Assembly: GCA_963765505.1 (NCBI GenBank)
Contig: CAVXWO010000003.1
Location: 1,453 to 65,452, forward strand
DNA length: 64,000 bases
Origin: an uncultured Actinomycetota bacterium
GTDB taxonomy: Bacteria; Actinomycetota; Acidimicrobiia; Acidimicrobiales; Bog-793
Direction of reading: 5' to 3'
In this document: piece after piece, positions 37,353-47,778 of the stretch
How positions within the stretch are numbered: position 1 is the first letter of the stretch
Layout of the letters: each line of letters starts with the position of its first letter
The notes under the pieces: generated by a model
The model's input: only the letters and a program-made list of their open reading frames with translations
Database searches by the model: none
Told to the model about the DNA's origin: nothing
Translations under genes and position numbers: made by a program

Positions 37353-38348
37353 ATGTTGGACAGGTCCCGAAATGCCCCGTCACCGGTCACCGCGACGCAC
37401 GTGCCGTACGCGGCATCCGGCCGCCGTCGGCGCCCGAAGACCGGGGCGATGTTCGCGATCGCGGCGCTCGGCCTCGCAGCGGCCGGGACGCCCTTCCTCC
37501 CCGGCGCCGCGACCGCGGCAACGGCGGCTGCCAAGGGCACGGTGATCGCCACCGCGACCGGACCCTTCGGTCCGATGCTCGTCGTCGGGTCGGGCAAGTA
37601 CGCCGGCTACACGCTCTACATGATCACGAGCGACCAGCCGCCCACGTTCGGCTGCACGACGAAGATGATCAACCTGCTCGGGCAGAATGGCGCGTGCACC
37701 GGGCTGTCCAACGACAAGAAGGCCGAGTGGCCGGCGATCACCACGACCGCGGCGCCGGTCGCCGGCACCGGCGTGACCCAGAAGCTGCTCGGCACCGTGA
37801 GCCGTCCCGGCATCGGCCTCCAGATCACCTACGCCGGTCACCCGCTCTACCTGTTCGACCAGGGGCCCGGGCAGACCTTCGGTGAGGGCTGGGACGAGCC
37901 GAGCCTGCCGCCGTGGCACGGCGTGTGGTACGTGGTCTCGCCCGCCGGCGCCCCGGTGGCGCCGTCGGAGATGCTGACGACGACCACACTCAAGGGCAAG
38001 CCGGTGGTCGGGGCGCTCATGTTCACCCAGGCGGGCTGGGAGATCTTCCCCGTCTACACCTACAGCAAGGACAGCGCGGACGCGAGCGCGTGCACGGGGT
38101 CGTGTGCCGTCGCCTGGCCGCCGCTGCTCACGACGGGGACGCCGGGCGTGCTCGGCAAGCTCACCGCCTCCGACTTCGGCACGCTGAAGCGCGCCGACAG
38201 CACGGCGCAGCTCACCTACAAGGGAAGGCCCCTCTACCTGTACTCGCAGGAGGGCATCGCACAGGGCCCGACGGGCTTCGCCGCGACCGGAAACGGCAAC
38301 GGCTCGAAGGATGCCGCGGGCGGCACCTTCCAGCTCGTCTCTCCCTGA
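37353..38348 (+). CDS. secreted protein with two 'Yx(FWY)xxD' repeats (COG4315 / Lipoprotein_15-like)
   Basis: Signal peptide MFAIAALGLAAAGTPFLPGAATAA. The repeats are YAGHPLYLFDQ and YKGRPLYLYSQ, each preceded by a CxxxC-type motif. AGGAGG lies 6 nt before the ATG at 37353. Confidence 0.8.
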   Translation: MLDRSRNAPSPVTATHVPYAASGRRRRPKTGAMFAIAALGLAAAGTPFLPGAATAATAAAKGTVIATATGPFGPMLVVGSGKYAGYTLYMITSDQPPTFGCTTKMINLLGQNGACTGLSNDKKAEWPAITTTAAPVAGTGVTQKLLGTVSRPGIGLQITYAGHPLYLFDQGPGQTFGEGWDEPSLPPWHGVWYVVSPAGAPVAPSEMLTTTTLKGKPVVGALMFTQAGWEIFPVYTYSKDSADASACTGSCAVAWPPLLTTGTPGVLGKLTASDFGTLKRADSTAQLTYKGRPLYLYSQEGIAQGPTGFAATGNGNGSKDAAGGTFQLVSP

Positions 38349-38359
38349 CGCGGCGGCGG

Positions 38360-38401
38360 AGGCCGGCCCGGAACCCCACGGGGGGCGCTCCGGGCCGGCC
38401 T
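38360..38401. terminator. 13-bp GC-rich hairpin between convergent genes (bidirectional terminator candidate)
   Basis: AGGCCGGCCCGGA (38360-38372) pairs with TCCGGGCCGGCCT (38389-38401). No U-tail. Confidence 0.5.
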
Positions 38402-38422
38402 TCACCCGCCGCGGGCTGGGCG

Positions 38423-39021
38423 TCAGACGGGCGGCGCCGGGTCGTACTGGATGCCCCGCCGCACCTCCCGGGCGCGATCGGCGCCGGCAAGCCGGACGAC
38501 GAGGTGGAGCGCCATGTCGATCCCGGCGGAGATGCCGGCCGAGGTGATGACGTCACCGTCGTCGACGAAGCGATCGTCCGGCCGCACCTCGATGGTCGGG
38601 TCCAGCTCCGCCAGCAGGTCGAGCGCGCCCCAGTACGTGGTGGCGGGGCGCCCGGAGAGCAGGCCCGCGGCCGCGTAGACGAGCGACCCGGTGCAGACGC
38701 TCGTCATGAGCGGGACCTCGGCGCGCCGCCGGCGCACCCAGTCCAGCTGCTCGCCGTCGCTGAGCTGCGGGCGGGTGCCGTTCCCGCCCGGGTGCACCAG
38801 CACCTCAAGCGGCGGGGCGTCGGCGTAGGAGTGCTCGGCCTGCACCCGAGCCCCTTCGCGCAGCGGACCAGGCCGCCGTCACGTGACAGCGTGGTGACGG
38901 CATAGCCGTCGTCGGGAGCGGCGCGGGTCCAGTAGGACAGCACCTCCCACGGACCGACGGCGTCGAGCTCCTCGACGTCGGGGAACAGCAGGATCCCGAT
39001 GTGCTTCGCGGCCCCGGCGAT
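38423..39021 (-). pseudogene. DJ-1/PfpI-family protein with a frame break; start codon unresolved
   Basis: The N-part KHIGILLFPDVEELDAVGPWEVL is in one frame. The C-part (VQAEHSYADAPPLEVLVHPGG, SVCTGSLVYAAAGLL, ITSAGISAGIDMAL) is ORF 38423-38845. The join is at C3/C4 runs (38845-38854). Confidence 0.7.
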
Positions 39022-39233
39022 GGATCCGAGGCTACGCGACCCGCGCTCGTCTGTCCTCGTCGCTCGCGGCCCTCGACTCAGCAGTGGCCGTACGCCCGCC
39101 TCCCCGGCCGCCGGGCGCCGCCTCGAGCGCCGAGGTGAGCGTGGCGAGCTCCGCGTCCCTCCCGACCAGCACCGGGCAGCGCACGTCGGCCACGGCGCAA
39201 GTTTCTCGCGAGGAAGGGCGCCGGCGCTCGCGT

Positions 39234-42070
39234 TCACCACTCGACGAGCGTCCACACCTCCGGCCGTGGTTCGGCGCCGGCGTCCACCGCGGCGAAGAGG
39301 CTGGCGGCCGACTTCAGGTGGTCCATGGCGCCGTCCTCGTCGCCAGTCGCATGCAGCAGGTCGGCGAGGTTCGTGTGGAGGGCGGCCATCCGGTGCCGGT
39401 CGCCGTGCGAGGTGCCGAGGGCGAGGGCCTCGCGTGAGGCGTCGAGCGCCCCGCCGGTGCGGCCGGCCTCGGCGAGGACGCGCGACAGGTTGTTCAGCGC
39501 GGCGACGGCGGCGGCGGGGTCGGTGAGCAGGCGCGCCTCGCCCAGGCTGGCGCGCAGATGCTCCTCTCCCGAGGCCAGGTCGCCCGCGGCCGCGGCGAGC
39601 ATGCCCGCGACGTCGAGCGCCTGCGCGAGCGCCGCCGGGTCGCCGCAACCCGTCGCCTCGTCGAGGGCGCGGGCCGCCAGGGCGTCGGCCTCGCTCCCTC
39701 CCCGGCGGTACGCGACGAGGGCGCGGTCCGCCTGGATCCGGGCCCGCAGGACGGGGTCCGGGCCGGCGAGCTCCAGCGCCGACAGCAGGTGCGCGTCGGC
39801 CAGCGCCCAGTCGCCGAGCCAGTGGTGGATCTCGGCGAGCCGGTGCTCGATCGCCGCGAGCTCGGGGTCGGCGGGATCGCGCGCGCGGCGGCATGCTCGA
39901 GCTCGACCCGGGCCTCCTCGTAGCGCCCGAGCGCGATGAGGACGTCGCCGATCGCGGCGCGTGCCTCGGACGGCGGGTGGCCGAGCTCGAGCGCCGAGCG
40001 GAGGTGGGTCAGGGCCTCGGCGTGGGCGAACAGCCCTCGCGCCCGCACGGCGGCGCGCCACGACCACGCCGCGGCCTCGTCCGCGCGGCCGGCCGCCGCG
40101 AAGTGGCCGGCGACCACGCTCGGCGGTGCCGCGGAAGGGTCCCGGTCGTACCGGCGGGCGAGCGCCTCGGCGGCGCGGCCGTGGAGGAGGCGCCGGCGTG
40201 CCCGGCTCGTGTCCTCGTAGACGACCCGGCGGAGGGCGTCGTAGGGGAAGGCGTAGGTCGGGTCGTCGCCGGCCGAGGCGGCCGCGTGCTCCTCCAGCAG
40301 CCCGCGGCGCAGCGCCTCGTCGAGCGCGTCGGTGGCCTCGTCCTCATCGCGCCCGCTCGTCGTCCGCAGCAGGTCGGCGTCGAACCTTCCGCCGAGGACC
40401 GAGGCTGCGGCGAGCGCCTGCGCGGCGGTCTCCGAGACGCCGGCGACCCGGGTGCGGAGCAGCTCGCGGACGCTCGCCGGCAGCGGCCAGACCCCGTCGC
40501 CCGCCCCGGCATCTGCCGACCGGAGCGCGTCGACGTAGGCCGTGAGCAGGAGCGGCAGGCCCCGGGTCTCGTCGACCAGCCGCCCGACGTCGATCCCCGA
40601 GCCCGCCAGGCCCGCCGCGTCGAGCAGCGTCGCCGCCTCCTCGGCGCCGAGGGGCGCGGGCGGGCGAGCTGGGCGTCCCCGCTCCGCTGGGCGGCGTCCA
40701 GCGCGGCGCGCAGCCCCTCCGGCGGCCCAGAGTCGCGTTCCCAGGTGAGCACCGCCAGGAGCGGCAGCTCGGCGAGCCGCCGGACGAGGAAGGCCAACAG
40801 CTGCGCCGAGGCGTCGTCGGCCCAGTGGACGTCGTCGACCACGACGGCGCCGGTGGTGCCGGGAGCGCTGAGCGCGCTGGCGAGGGCGTCGCCGACCGCG
40901 TGGTAGAGGCGGGCCTGCGCGCCCGGCGTGTCGAGCGGTTGGGGCGCGGGCAGATCGGGGCGGCCGGCCGCGAGCACCGGCACGAGGCGCGACAGCTCGA
41001 CGAGGTCGTGCCGGCGCGACCCGCTCGGCGAGATCGGGGCGGAGGGCCGCCGCGCTGCGCAGCAGCTCGGTGACGAGCCCGAGCGCGAGGCCCGCCTCGC
41101 CCTAATGGCACCGCACCGCGATGACCGGCGCACCGTCCTCGGCCAGCCGGCGCGCCAGCTCCTCGACGACCCGGCTCTTCCCCGCGCCGGCATCGCCGGC
41201 CACGCCCACCAACCGGCCGCCGCGGCCCACCTGGCGCCAGGCGTCCAGCAACAGGGCGAGGACGGGCTCCTGGCCGAGCAGCGGCGGACGCTCGACGACG
41301 GGCAGCCCGCTGCGTCGCTCGGGACGGCGCGCCGGCTGCTCGGGGGGCGCCCCGAGCCGGTCGGCGCGCACGTCCTCGTAGAGGGCCGTCGTCGTGGCGA
41401 GGGGCGCGACGCCGAGCTCGCGCTCGAGCACGCGCACGCACGACCGGTACTGCGCGAGCGCCGCGGACCGCTGTCCCGTCCAGGCGTAGCAGCGGACGAG
41501 CGCCTGGTGGGCCGGTTCGTTGAGAGGATCGAGCGTCAGCCAGCGCCGCGCCGCGCCGAGCGCCTCCTCGAAGGCGGCGGCGTTCGCCCGCTCCTCGACG
41601 AGCCGGCCCAGCACCGCGCCGAGCCGCGCCCGGAGATGCTCGGCCATCGAGCGCTGCCAGTCGTCGAACTCCGGGCTGTCCCGGAGCGAGAAGCCGGCGA
41701 GGAAGTCGTCGCGGTAGAGCGAGGCGGCGCCTTCGAGCGAGCTCGGGTCGGCCGCGGCGGCGAGCCGCTCGAAGTCCCACACGTCGCAGGCCGTGCTGGC
41801 GAGGTCGAGCGAGGCACCCTCGCGCGTGACGACCAGCGCGTCGCCGACCGCGGCGTGGGTGACCGAGAGGGTCCTGCGGAGCGAGGACCGTGCGCGCGCC
41901 TCGCCGGACTCCGGCCAGAAGAGCGCAGTGAGGTGCTCGCGGCTGTGCTCCCGCCGGCTCACCGCGAGCAGCGCCAGCAACGCGATCGCCTTGCGGGTGT
42001 CGAAGGTCGCCCGCGTGCCCCCTCGCTCGATGACCGGTGCGCCGAGCAGCGCGAGGCGGAGTTGGGCCAT
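39234..42070 (-). pseudogene. SARP/AfsR-like regulator (wHTH-BTAD + AAA ATPase + TPR), multiply disrupted
   Basis: MAQLRLALLGAPVIERGG (ATG at 42070), a BTAD region, and Walker A GDAGAGKS. An in-frame TAG at 41102-41104 interrupts RCH*GEAGLALG. The frame then changes near 41015, at 40651-40654 (G4) and near 39880. The TPR tail is ORF 39234-40067. Confidence 0.8.
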
Positions 42071-42435
42071 CAGGAAGCCGTAACGCGCGTGCGAGAAGAA
42101 AAGTTGCTCACCGGAGGTAACCGTAACGTTCCCGGAACGGCCCGTCCGTAGCATCATCGCCAGATCGACCCCTGGACGACCAGACGACCAGACGACCAGG
42201 GTAGGAGGCGAAACATGCGCAGCAAGGCGAGCGACAAGTTCTGGCAGCAGACGCTCACGGCGCTCGGCAGGCATCTCGGCGTCGAGCGCCCGGAGGTCGA
42301 GCGTCGCGTCGTCTGCGTCGACGCGCACCGCCAGTGGCGCAACTGGCGGAACCTCTGGTACAACGCGGCGGCGCGCAGCCTCGGCCAGACGCTGTCGTCG
42401 CCAATCGGCGGCAGCCGCCGGCGGGCGGCCCGCCG

Positions 42436-43920
42436 GTGAGCGAGGCGGACGCCGCCGTCGTCGGCTCCGGCCCGAACGGCCTCGCCGCCGCGGTCGTGCT
42501 GGCGGCGGCCGGGCTCAGGGTCAAGGTGTACGAGGGCGCCGAGTCCCCCGGCGGGGGCTGTCGCACCGACGAGCTGACGCTCCCGGGCTTCCGCCACGAC
42601 GTCTGCTCCGCGGTGCACCCGCTCGTCGCGGCCTCCGGCTTCTTCTGCCGCTTCGGACTCGCCCGGCGCGGAGTCCGGCTGATCGAGCCCGAGGTCGCCT
42701 ACGCGCACCCGCTCGACGGACGGCACGCGGCCGCGGCCCACGGCTCGGTGTGCGACACCGCCGCCGATCTCGGGCTCGACGGTGCCGCGTACCGCCGCCT
42801 CTTCGGTCCGCCGGCCCGTCACCTCGACGACGTCGCGGGCACGGTCCTGTCGTCGATGCGCTCCGTGCCGCCCCACCCGCTGCGGATGGCGGCGTTCGGG
42901 GCGCTGGCGCTGCGCTCGGCGACCTCGGTCGCGCGGCGCTTCGAGACCGAGGAGGCGCGCGCCCTGTTCGCGGGCGTCGCGGCCCACTCGATGCTCCGCC
43001 TCGACCAGCCGGTCACCGCCGGGATCGGGCTGTTCCTCGGCTCGCTCGCCCACGCCGTGGGCTGGCCGGTCGTCGAGGGCGGGAGCGCCGCCGTCACCGA
43101 CGCGATGGTCGAGGCGGTCACCTCCGCCGGGGGCGAGGTCGTCACGGGCCACCGGGTGCGCTCGCTCGCCGAGCTGGCGCCCGCGCGGGCCGTCCTCCTC
43201 GACGTCACGCCGCGCGCCCTGCTCGAGCTGGCGGGCGACCGGCTGCCCGCCGCCTACCGCCGGTCGCTCGGCCGCTTCCGCTACGGCGCCGGCGTCTGCA
43301 AGGTCGACTGGGCGCTCGAGGCCCCCGTGCCCTGGCGCGCCGAGCCGTGCCGGAGGGCGGCGACGGTCCACCTCGGGGGGACGTTCGAGGAGATCGCCCG
43401 CTCCGAGGCCGACGTGGCCGCCGGGCGGCACGCCGAGGCGCCCTACGTGCTGGTCGTGCAGCCGGGCGTGGTCGACCCCAGCCGGGCGCCGGCGGGGCGC
43501 CAGACGTTATGGACCTACTGCCACGTCCCCGCCGGCTCCGACGTCGACATGACCGAGGCCATCGCGGCCCAGATCGAGCGCTTCGCCCCCGGCTTCCGGG
43601 ACACGGTGCTCGCCCGCTCGTCGCGCACGGCGGCCCAGATGGCGGCGTACAACCCCAACTACCCCGGCGGCGACATCAGCGCCGGGGCCCAGGACCTGCG
43701 CCAGACGTTCCTGCGCCCCGCGGCGCGCTGGAACCCTTACCGGACGCCGCTCGCCGGCGTCTACCTCTGCTCGTCCTCCACGCCGCCGGGACCAGGCGTG
43801 CACGGTCGCTGCGGGGAACTCGCCGCGCTGAGCGCGCTGCGGGACGTCTTCGGCGTGCGCGAGGCGCCCGACCTCGCTCCGCGCGTCCCGGACGGGACTC
43901 CGACCGCACCCTCCCGGTAA
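42436..43920 (+). CDS. phytoene-desaturase-family NAD(P)/FAD-dependent oxidoreductase
   Basis: Dinucleotide fold AAVVGSGPNGLAAAVVLAAAGLRVKVYE directly after GTG at 42436. C-terminal LCSSSTPPGPGVHG. Confidence 0.8.
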   Translation: MSEADAAVVGSGPNGLAAAVVLAAAGLRVKVYEGAESPGGGCRTDELTLPGFRHDVCSAVHPLVAASGFFCRFGLARRGVRLIEPEVAYAHPLDGRHAAAAHGSVCDTAADLGLDGAAYRRLFGPPARHLDDVAGTVLSSMRSVPPHPLRMAAFGALALRSATSVARRFETEEARALFAGVAAHSMLRLDQPVTAGIGLFLGSLAHAVGWPVVEGGSAAVTDAMVEAVTSAGGEVVTGHRVRSLAELAPARAVLLDVTPRALLELAGDRLPAAYRRSLGRFRYGAGVCKVDWALEAPVPWRAEPCRRAATVHLGGTFEEIARSEADVAAGRHAEAPYVLVVQPGVVDPSRAPAGRQTLWTYCHVPAGSDVDMTEAIAAQIERFAPGFRDTVLARSSRTAAQMAAYNPNYPGGDISAGAQDLRQTFLRPAARWNPYRTPLAGVYLCSSSTPPGPGVHGRCGELAALSALRDVFGVREAPDLAPRVPDGTPTAPSR

Positions 43921-43969
43921 CGTCCCCGGGCGGGCTCGCCCGCGGCGCGGGCCGGGGAGAGGAGGGGCG

Positions 43970-44790
43970 ATGAGCGCGTTCAGGGACCTGGCGGGCAAGG
44001 TGGCCGTCGTGACCGGCGGGGCGTCGGGGATCGGCAAGGGGATCGCCACCCGCCTCGTCGAGGCGGGCGCGCACGTCGTGCTGGCCGACGTGGAGGAGCA
44101 TGCCCTCCAGGCGAGCGCGTCCGAGCTCGGCGCCGTCGGGATCCGCACCGACGTGAGCGACCTCTCGAGCGTCCAGGCGCTGGCCGACGCCACGCTGGCG
44201 CGGTTCGGAAAAGTGCATGTGGTCTGTAACAATGCCGGCGTCGGCCCGTTCGCCAAGATCGCCGACCTCACGATGGACGACTGGCAGTGGATGCTCGGCG
44301 TGAACCTCTGGGGCGTCGTCCACGGCGTGCACGTCTTCCTGCCGCTCCTGCTCGACAACGCCGAGGGCGGTCACATCGTGAACACCGCCTCGGCCGCCGG
44401 CCTCGTCAGCGTGCCGGAGCTCGGCGCCTACTGCGTCACGAAGTTCGGCGTCGTGGCGCTCACCGAGACCCTCGCCGCCGAGCTCGCCGCCGACGGCGCC
44501 AGGGTGGGCGCGACCGTGTTGTGCCCGGGGTTCATCCGGACGAGCATCAACCGCAGCACGCGCAACCGGCCGGTGGCGCTCGCCGGCGGCGGGCTCGCCG
44601 ACGTCGACCTCCAGGTCCGGGACGTGCGCTCGACGTGGATGGAGCCGGAGCAGGTCGGCACGCTCGTCGTCGAGGCGATCACCGCGGCGACCTGTACGTG
44701 ATGACCCACCCCGACATGCTCGAGCGGGTGGAGCGCCGCCACGAGGGGATCGTCGAGGCCTTCCGCCGCGCCGACGCCACGGTGCCCTAG
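43970..44790 (+). pseudogene. SDR-family oxidoreductase with a frame break near the 3' end
   Basis: Contains TGGASGIGKG, NNAG and YCVTK. The track ORF stops at 44701. The family-like tail DLYVMTHPDMLERVERRHEGIVEAF continues in another frame from about 44686 to a stop at 44790. Confidence 0.8.
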
Positions 44791-44862
44791 CGACCGGGGT
44801 CCGCTGGCCACCTCGTCGCCGGGGGGGCCTCTCCGCCGCGGCGGGAGTGCCGCCCGCGCGGC

Positions 44863-45645
44863 TCAGAAGCCGGGAAAGACGCGCCGGAGCGTGTCGAGGT
44901 CCACGCCGCGCGCGCTCGTCCCTGCCGGGGTGTGGCCCGGGTCGAGCCGGCCGTAGACGAGGCGAAGCAACGCCGCCGAGGTGATCTCGAGCTCGCCGTC
45001 GGCCGCCGCCTCGGTGCCCGAGACGTCGGTGAGGGACACGGCGTCACCGACGGCGAGGAGCAGGTCGCGCCCGGGTCGCGTTGTCCGGACCCGCACCCGG
45101 AGCTCGCCGCCGAACGGCTTTCCGAGCCGCGGGACGACTTGGTCGACGGCACCGGCGAGCAGGTCCACGGCGTCGGGCGCGAGCTCGGCCGCGGGGTCGC
45201 GGGTGACGGCGACGTCCCAGCTGTGCATGGTGTGCTCGAAGAGCCGCATGCGACTGAGCGAAGCGATGTCGAGGTCCATGCCGAACATCGCGAAGCGCAG
45301 GCCGGCGAGCTGCCCGTCGTCGAGGCCCTCGAGCAGCTCGACGAGGGCGCGATCGGCCCGCTTGGCGTCGGTTGCCTGCTCGTCTGGGGACTTCGCGTTC
45401 CACGAGTCCCAGATCGGCGGGAACGCCTCCCTGCCCGGCGGCTCCCCGCCGCTCGTGGCGGCGTCGAGGAAGAGCGAGAAGATCTCGGCACCGCTGCCGA
45501 GGTGGGAGAGCACTTGGGCGACGCTCCACTCCGAGCAGTAGGAGGGTCCCGAGATCGCCGCGGGGTCGAGGCGGTCGACGACCGCCCAGAGCCGGTCGTG
45601 GGAGCGGCGAACCGCTTCGATTATGGTCCGAGGCTCGCTCATCAT
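44863..45645 (-). CDS. mycothiol-type maleylpyruvate isomerase family / DinB-like protein
   Basis: N-terminus AVRRSHDRLWAVVDRLDPAAISGPSYCSEWSVAQVLSHLG. Intact 260-aa ORF. Confidence 0.85.
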   Translation of the reverse strand: MMSEPRTIIEAVRRSHDRLWAVVDRLDPAAISGPSYCSEWSVAQVLSHLGSGAEIFSLFLDAATSGGEPPGREAFPPIWDSWNAKSPDEQATDAKRADRALVELLEGLDDGQLAGLRFAMFGMDLDIASLSRMRLFEHTMHSWDVAVTRDPAAELAPDAVDLLAGAVDQVVPRLGKPFGGELRVRVRTTRPGRDLLLAVGDAVSLTDVSGTEAAADGELEITSAALLRLVYGRLDPGHTPAGTSARGVDLDTLRRVFPGF

Positions 45646-45705
45646 GGCTCCTTCGACTCAGCAGGCGATCCTGGGGGTGCGAGCCGGATCATCGCGGCTC
45701 GGGCG

Positions 45706-46593
45706 CTACCTGACGTCGACCAGCACCGTCGCGGCCCTGGCGATCGCGGCGATGTGGTCGTCGACGCTCTCGAAGCCCGAGCCCATCGTGTTGATGCTCA
45801 CGTGGCTCGCGCCGAGGGTCTGCCACGCCGCGTTCTCCTGGCCGATGGCGTCGAGGTCGCCGGCGCCGTAGGCGATCCGGCCTTGCATGCCGATCGCGCG
45901 GGGGTCGCGGCCCGCCCCGGCGGCGGCCTCGCCGATGATCGCGAGGGCCGCGTCGAGGTCGGAGCCGGGCGTCATCAGCGGGAACCACCCGTCCGCCAGC
46001 CTCCCGATGCGGCGGTAGGCGGGCGCCGATCGGCCGCCGAACCACACCGGGATCGGTCGCTGGACGGGCAGTGGCGCGATGCCGGCGCCGGTGACGTGCT
46101 CGAAGTCGCCGTGGTAGGTCACACTCTCCTCGCTCCACAGCCTGCGGAGCAGCTCGACCTGCTCGACGAGGCGGACGCCCCGGTTCGAGAAGTCCTTCCC
46201 GAGCGCCTCGTACTCGACCGCGTTCCAGCCGATCCCGACACCGAGGCGGAAGCGTCCCCCGGTGAGCAGGTCGACCTCGGCCGCCTGCTTTGCGACGAGC
46301 ACGGTCTGGCGCTGCGGCAGGATGACGATCCCAGTGACGAGCTCGAGCGACGTGATGCCGGCGAGGTAGCCGAAGAGCACCAACGGCTCGTGGAAGGTCG
46401 TGTGGACGTCGTACGCCCCGGACCAGTCCTGGTGGACGACGGGATCGGCGCCCACGACGTGGTCGTAGGCGAGGAGGTGGACGTAGCCGAGCTCCCAGCT
46501 CGCCTGGGCGTAGGCCCTGACGGCGCCGGGGTCGTCGCCGATCTCGGTCTGGGGGAAGATCACTCCGGGCTGCACGGCGTCCCTTCCTAGCAC
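45706..46593 (-). CDS. LLM-class F420-dependent oxidoreductase (TIGR03619-like)
   Basis: Contains VIFPQTEIG, ILPQRQTVLVAKQAAEVDLLTGGRFRLGVGIGW and ADGWFP. Confidence 0.9.
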   Translation of the reverse strand: MLGRDAVQPGVIFPQTEIGDDPGAVRAYAQASWELGYVHLLAYDHVVGADPVVHQDWSGAYDVHTTFHEPLVLFGYLAGITSLELVTGIVILPQRQTVLVAKQAAEVDLLTGGRFRLGVGIGWNAVEYEALGKDFSNRGVRLVEQVELLRRLWSEESVTYHGDFEHVTGAGIAPLPVQRPIPVWFGGRSAPAYRRIGRLADGWFPLMTPGSDLDAALAIIGEAAAGAGRDPRAIGMQGRIAYGAGDLDAIGQENAAWQTLGASHVSINTMGSGFESVDDHIAAIARAATVLVDVR

Positions 46594-46648
46594 GGCCCGG
46601 CCGGCGGCCCGAGGTCCGGCCCGCCGCCCGGCGGGAGCCCTGCCCGGG

Positions 46649-47521
46649 TCAGCGCAGACCGGCGAACAGGTCGTCCTCGGGCGTCGGGGCGCCGGTCCGG
46701 TCGAGATGCCGGACGAAGTACTCGCGCGCGAAGAACTGGGCGAACAGCTCGCGGCCGAGCTTCAGGAAGAAGGTGTCCGTCGTCTGGCTGCGGTGGGCCG
46801 CCAGGGCCTCGTACTTGCGCTCGACCACCGCCGAGCAGTCGATCGCGGCGCCGATCAGCTCGTCGGCGACCCCGAACTCCACCTCGTCGGTCTCCCCGGG
46901 GGGATCGATGCCGCCGGCGCGCAGCATCGCGGTGAAGGCGGGGATGGCGGACTTCGGGATCGCGGGGAAGTAGAGCTTCTGCGCGATGCCGGTCGCCGCG
47001 GCGGCGGCGATGGTGATGCGGTGCGCCTGGATGTGGTCGGGGTGGCCGTAGAAGCCGTTCGCGTCGTACGTGACGACCACCTCGGGGCGGTAGCGCTCCA
47101 TCAGCGCGATCAGCGGGCGCGCCGCCTCGGCGACCGGGATCTGCCAGAAGGCCTCGGGGGCGTCGTTGTGCCTCCAGCCCATCATCCCCGAGTCGTGGTA
47201 CCCGAGGAGCTCGAGGTCGCTCACGCCGAGGATGGCGCAGCTCTCCCGCAGCTCGCGAAGGCGTGTCGCCACGACGTGCTCCTCGTCGTGGTCGGGCTCG
47301 TCCGGCTTCTCGCCTTCGGGGGCGTCCCCGAGCTCGCCGTTCGTGCAGGTGACGACGACGGTCCGCATGCCCTCGTCGGCGTAGCGGGCGAGGATGCCAC
47401 CGGTCGAGGAGGCCTCGTCGTCGGGGTGCGCGTGCACCGCCATCAGTGTCGGCCGGTGGGTGCCCCCCACCGACGGGCCGTCAGCCACCGGCGACCGAGG
47501 CCAGGATGTGGACGACGGCAC
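46649..47521 (-). CDS. PIG-L (LmbE/MshB/Mca-like) family deacetylase
   Basis: Contains MAVHAHPDDE, HPDH and DLELLGYHDSGM. An alternative GTG start at 47488 overlaps the stop of the upstream carrier gene by 8 nt (GGTGGCTGA). Confidence 0.85.
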   Translation of the reverse strand: MPSSTSWPRSPVADGPSVGGTHRPTLMAVHAHPDDEASSTGGILARYADEGMRTVVVTCTNGELGDAPEGEKPDEPDHDEEHVVATRLRELRESCAILGVSDLELLGYHDSGMMGWRHNDAPEAFWQIPVAEAARPLIALMERYRPEVVVTYDANGFYGHPDHIQAHRITIAAAAATGIAQKLYFPAIPKSAIPAFTAMLRAGGIDPPGETDEVEFGVADELIGAAIDCSAVVERKYEALAAHRSQTTDTFFLKLGRELFAQFFAREYFVRHLDRTGAPTPEDDLFAGLR

Positions 47522-47762
47522 CGTCCGCCACCGGCGTCGCGAGGCCGCTGGCGTGGCGGATGTCCGAGCCGTCGACGTAGACGTTCACGTACCGGCGCAC
47601 CGTGCCAGTCTCGTCCAAGAGCCGCCGCTGCAGTGCCGGGTGCGCGGCGCCCAGCCGGAAGAGCACGTCGCCGACGGTCCCGTCCGACGGCACGTCCACG
47701 TCGACACGGCGCGCGCCGCCGGCGAGCTGTTGGAGCGCGCCGGGGAGGAGGACGGCGACCAC
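47481..47762 (-). CDS. CysO-like ThiS/MoaD-family small carrier protein ending in Gly-Gly
   Basis: The 93-aa version starts at GTG 47762 (the track ORF extends to 47813). The C-terminal half RRYVNVYVDGSDIRHASGLATPVADGAVVHILASVAGG closely resembles the mycobacterial CysO tail (..FVNIYVN..DVR...GLAT...DGD.V.ILPAVAGG) as I recall it. Confidence 0.8.
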   Translation of the reverse strand: MVAVLLPGALQQLAGGARRVDVDVPSDGTVGDVLFRLGAAHPALQRRLLDETGTVRRYVNVYVDGSDIRHASGLATPVADGAVVHILASVAGG

Positions 47763-47778
47763 GAGCAGCTCGCCCGGG

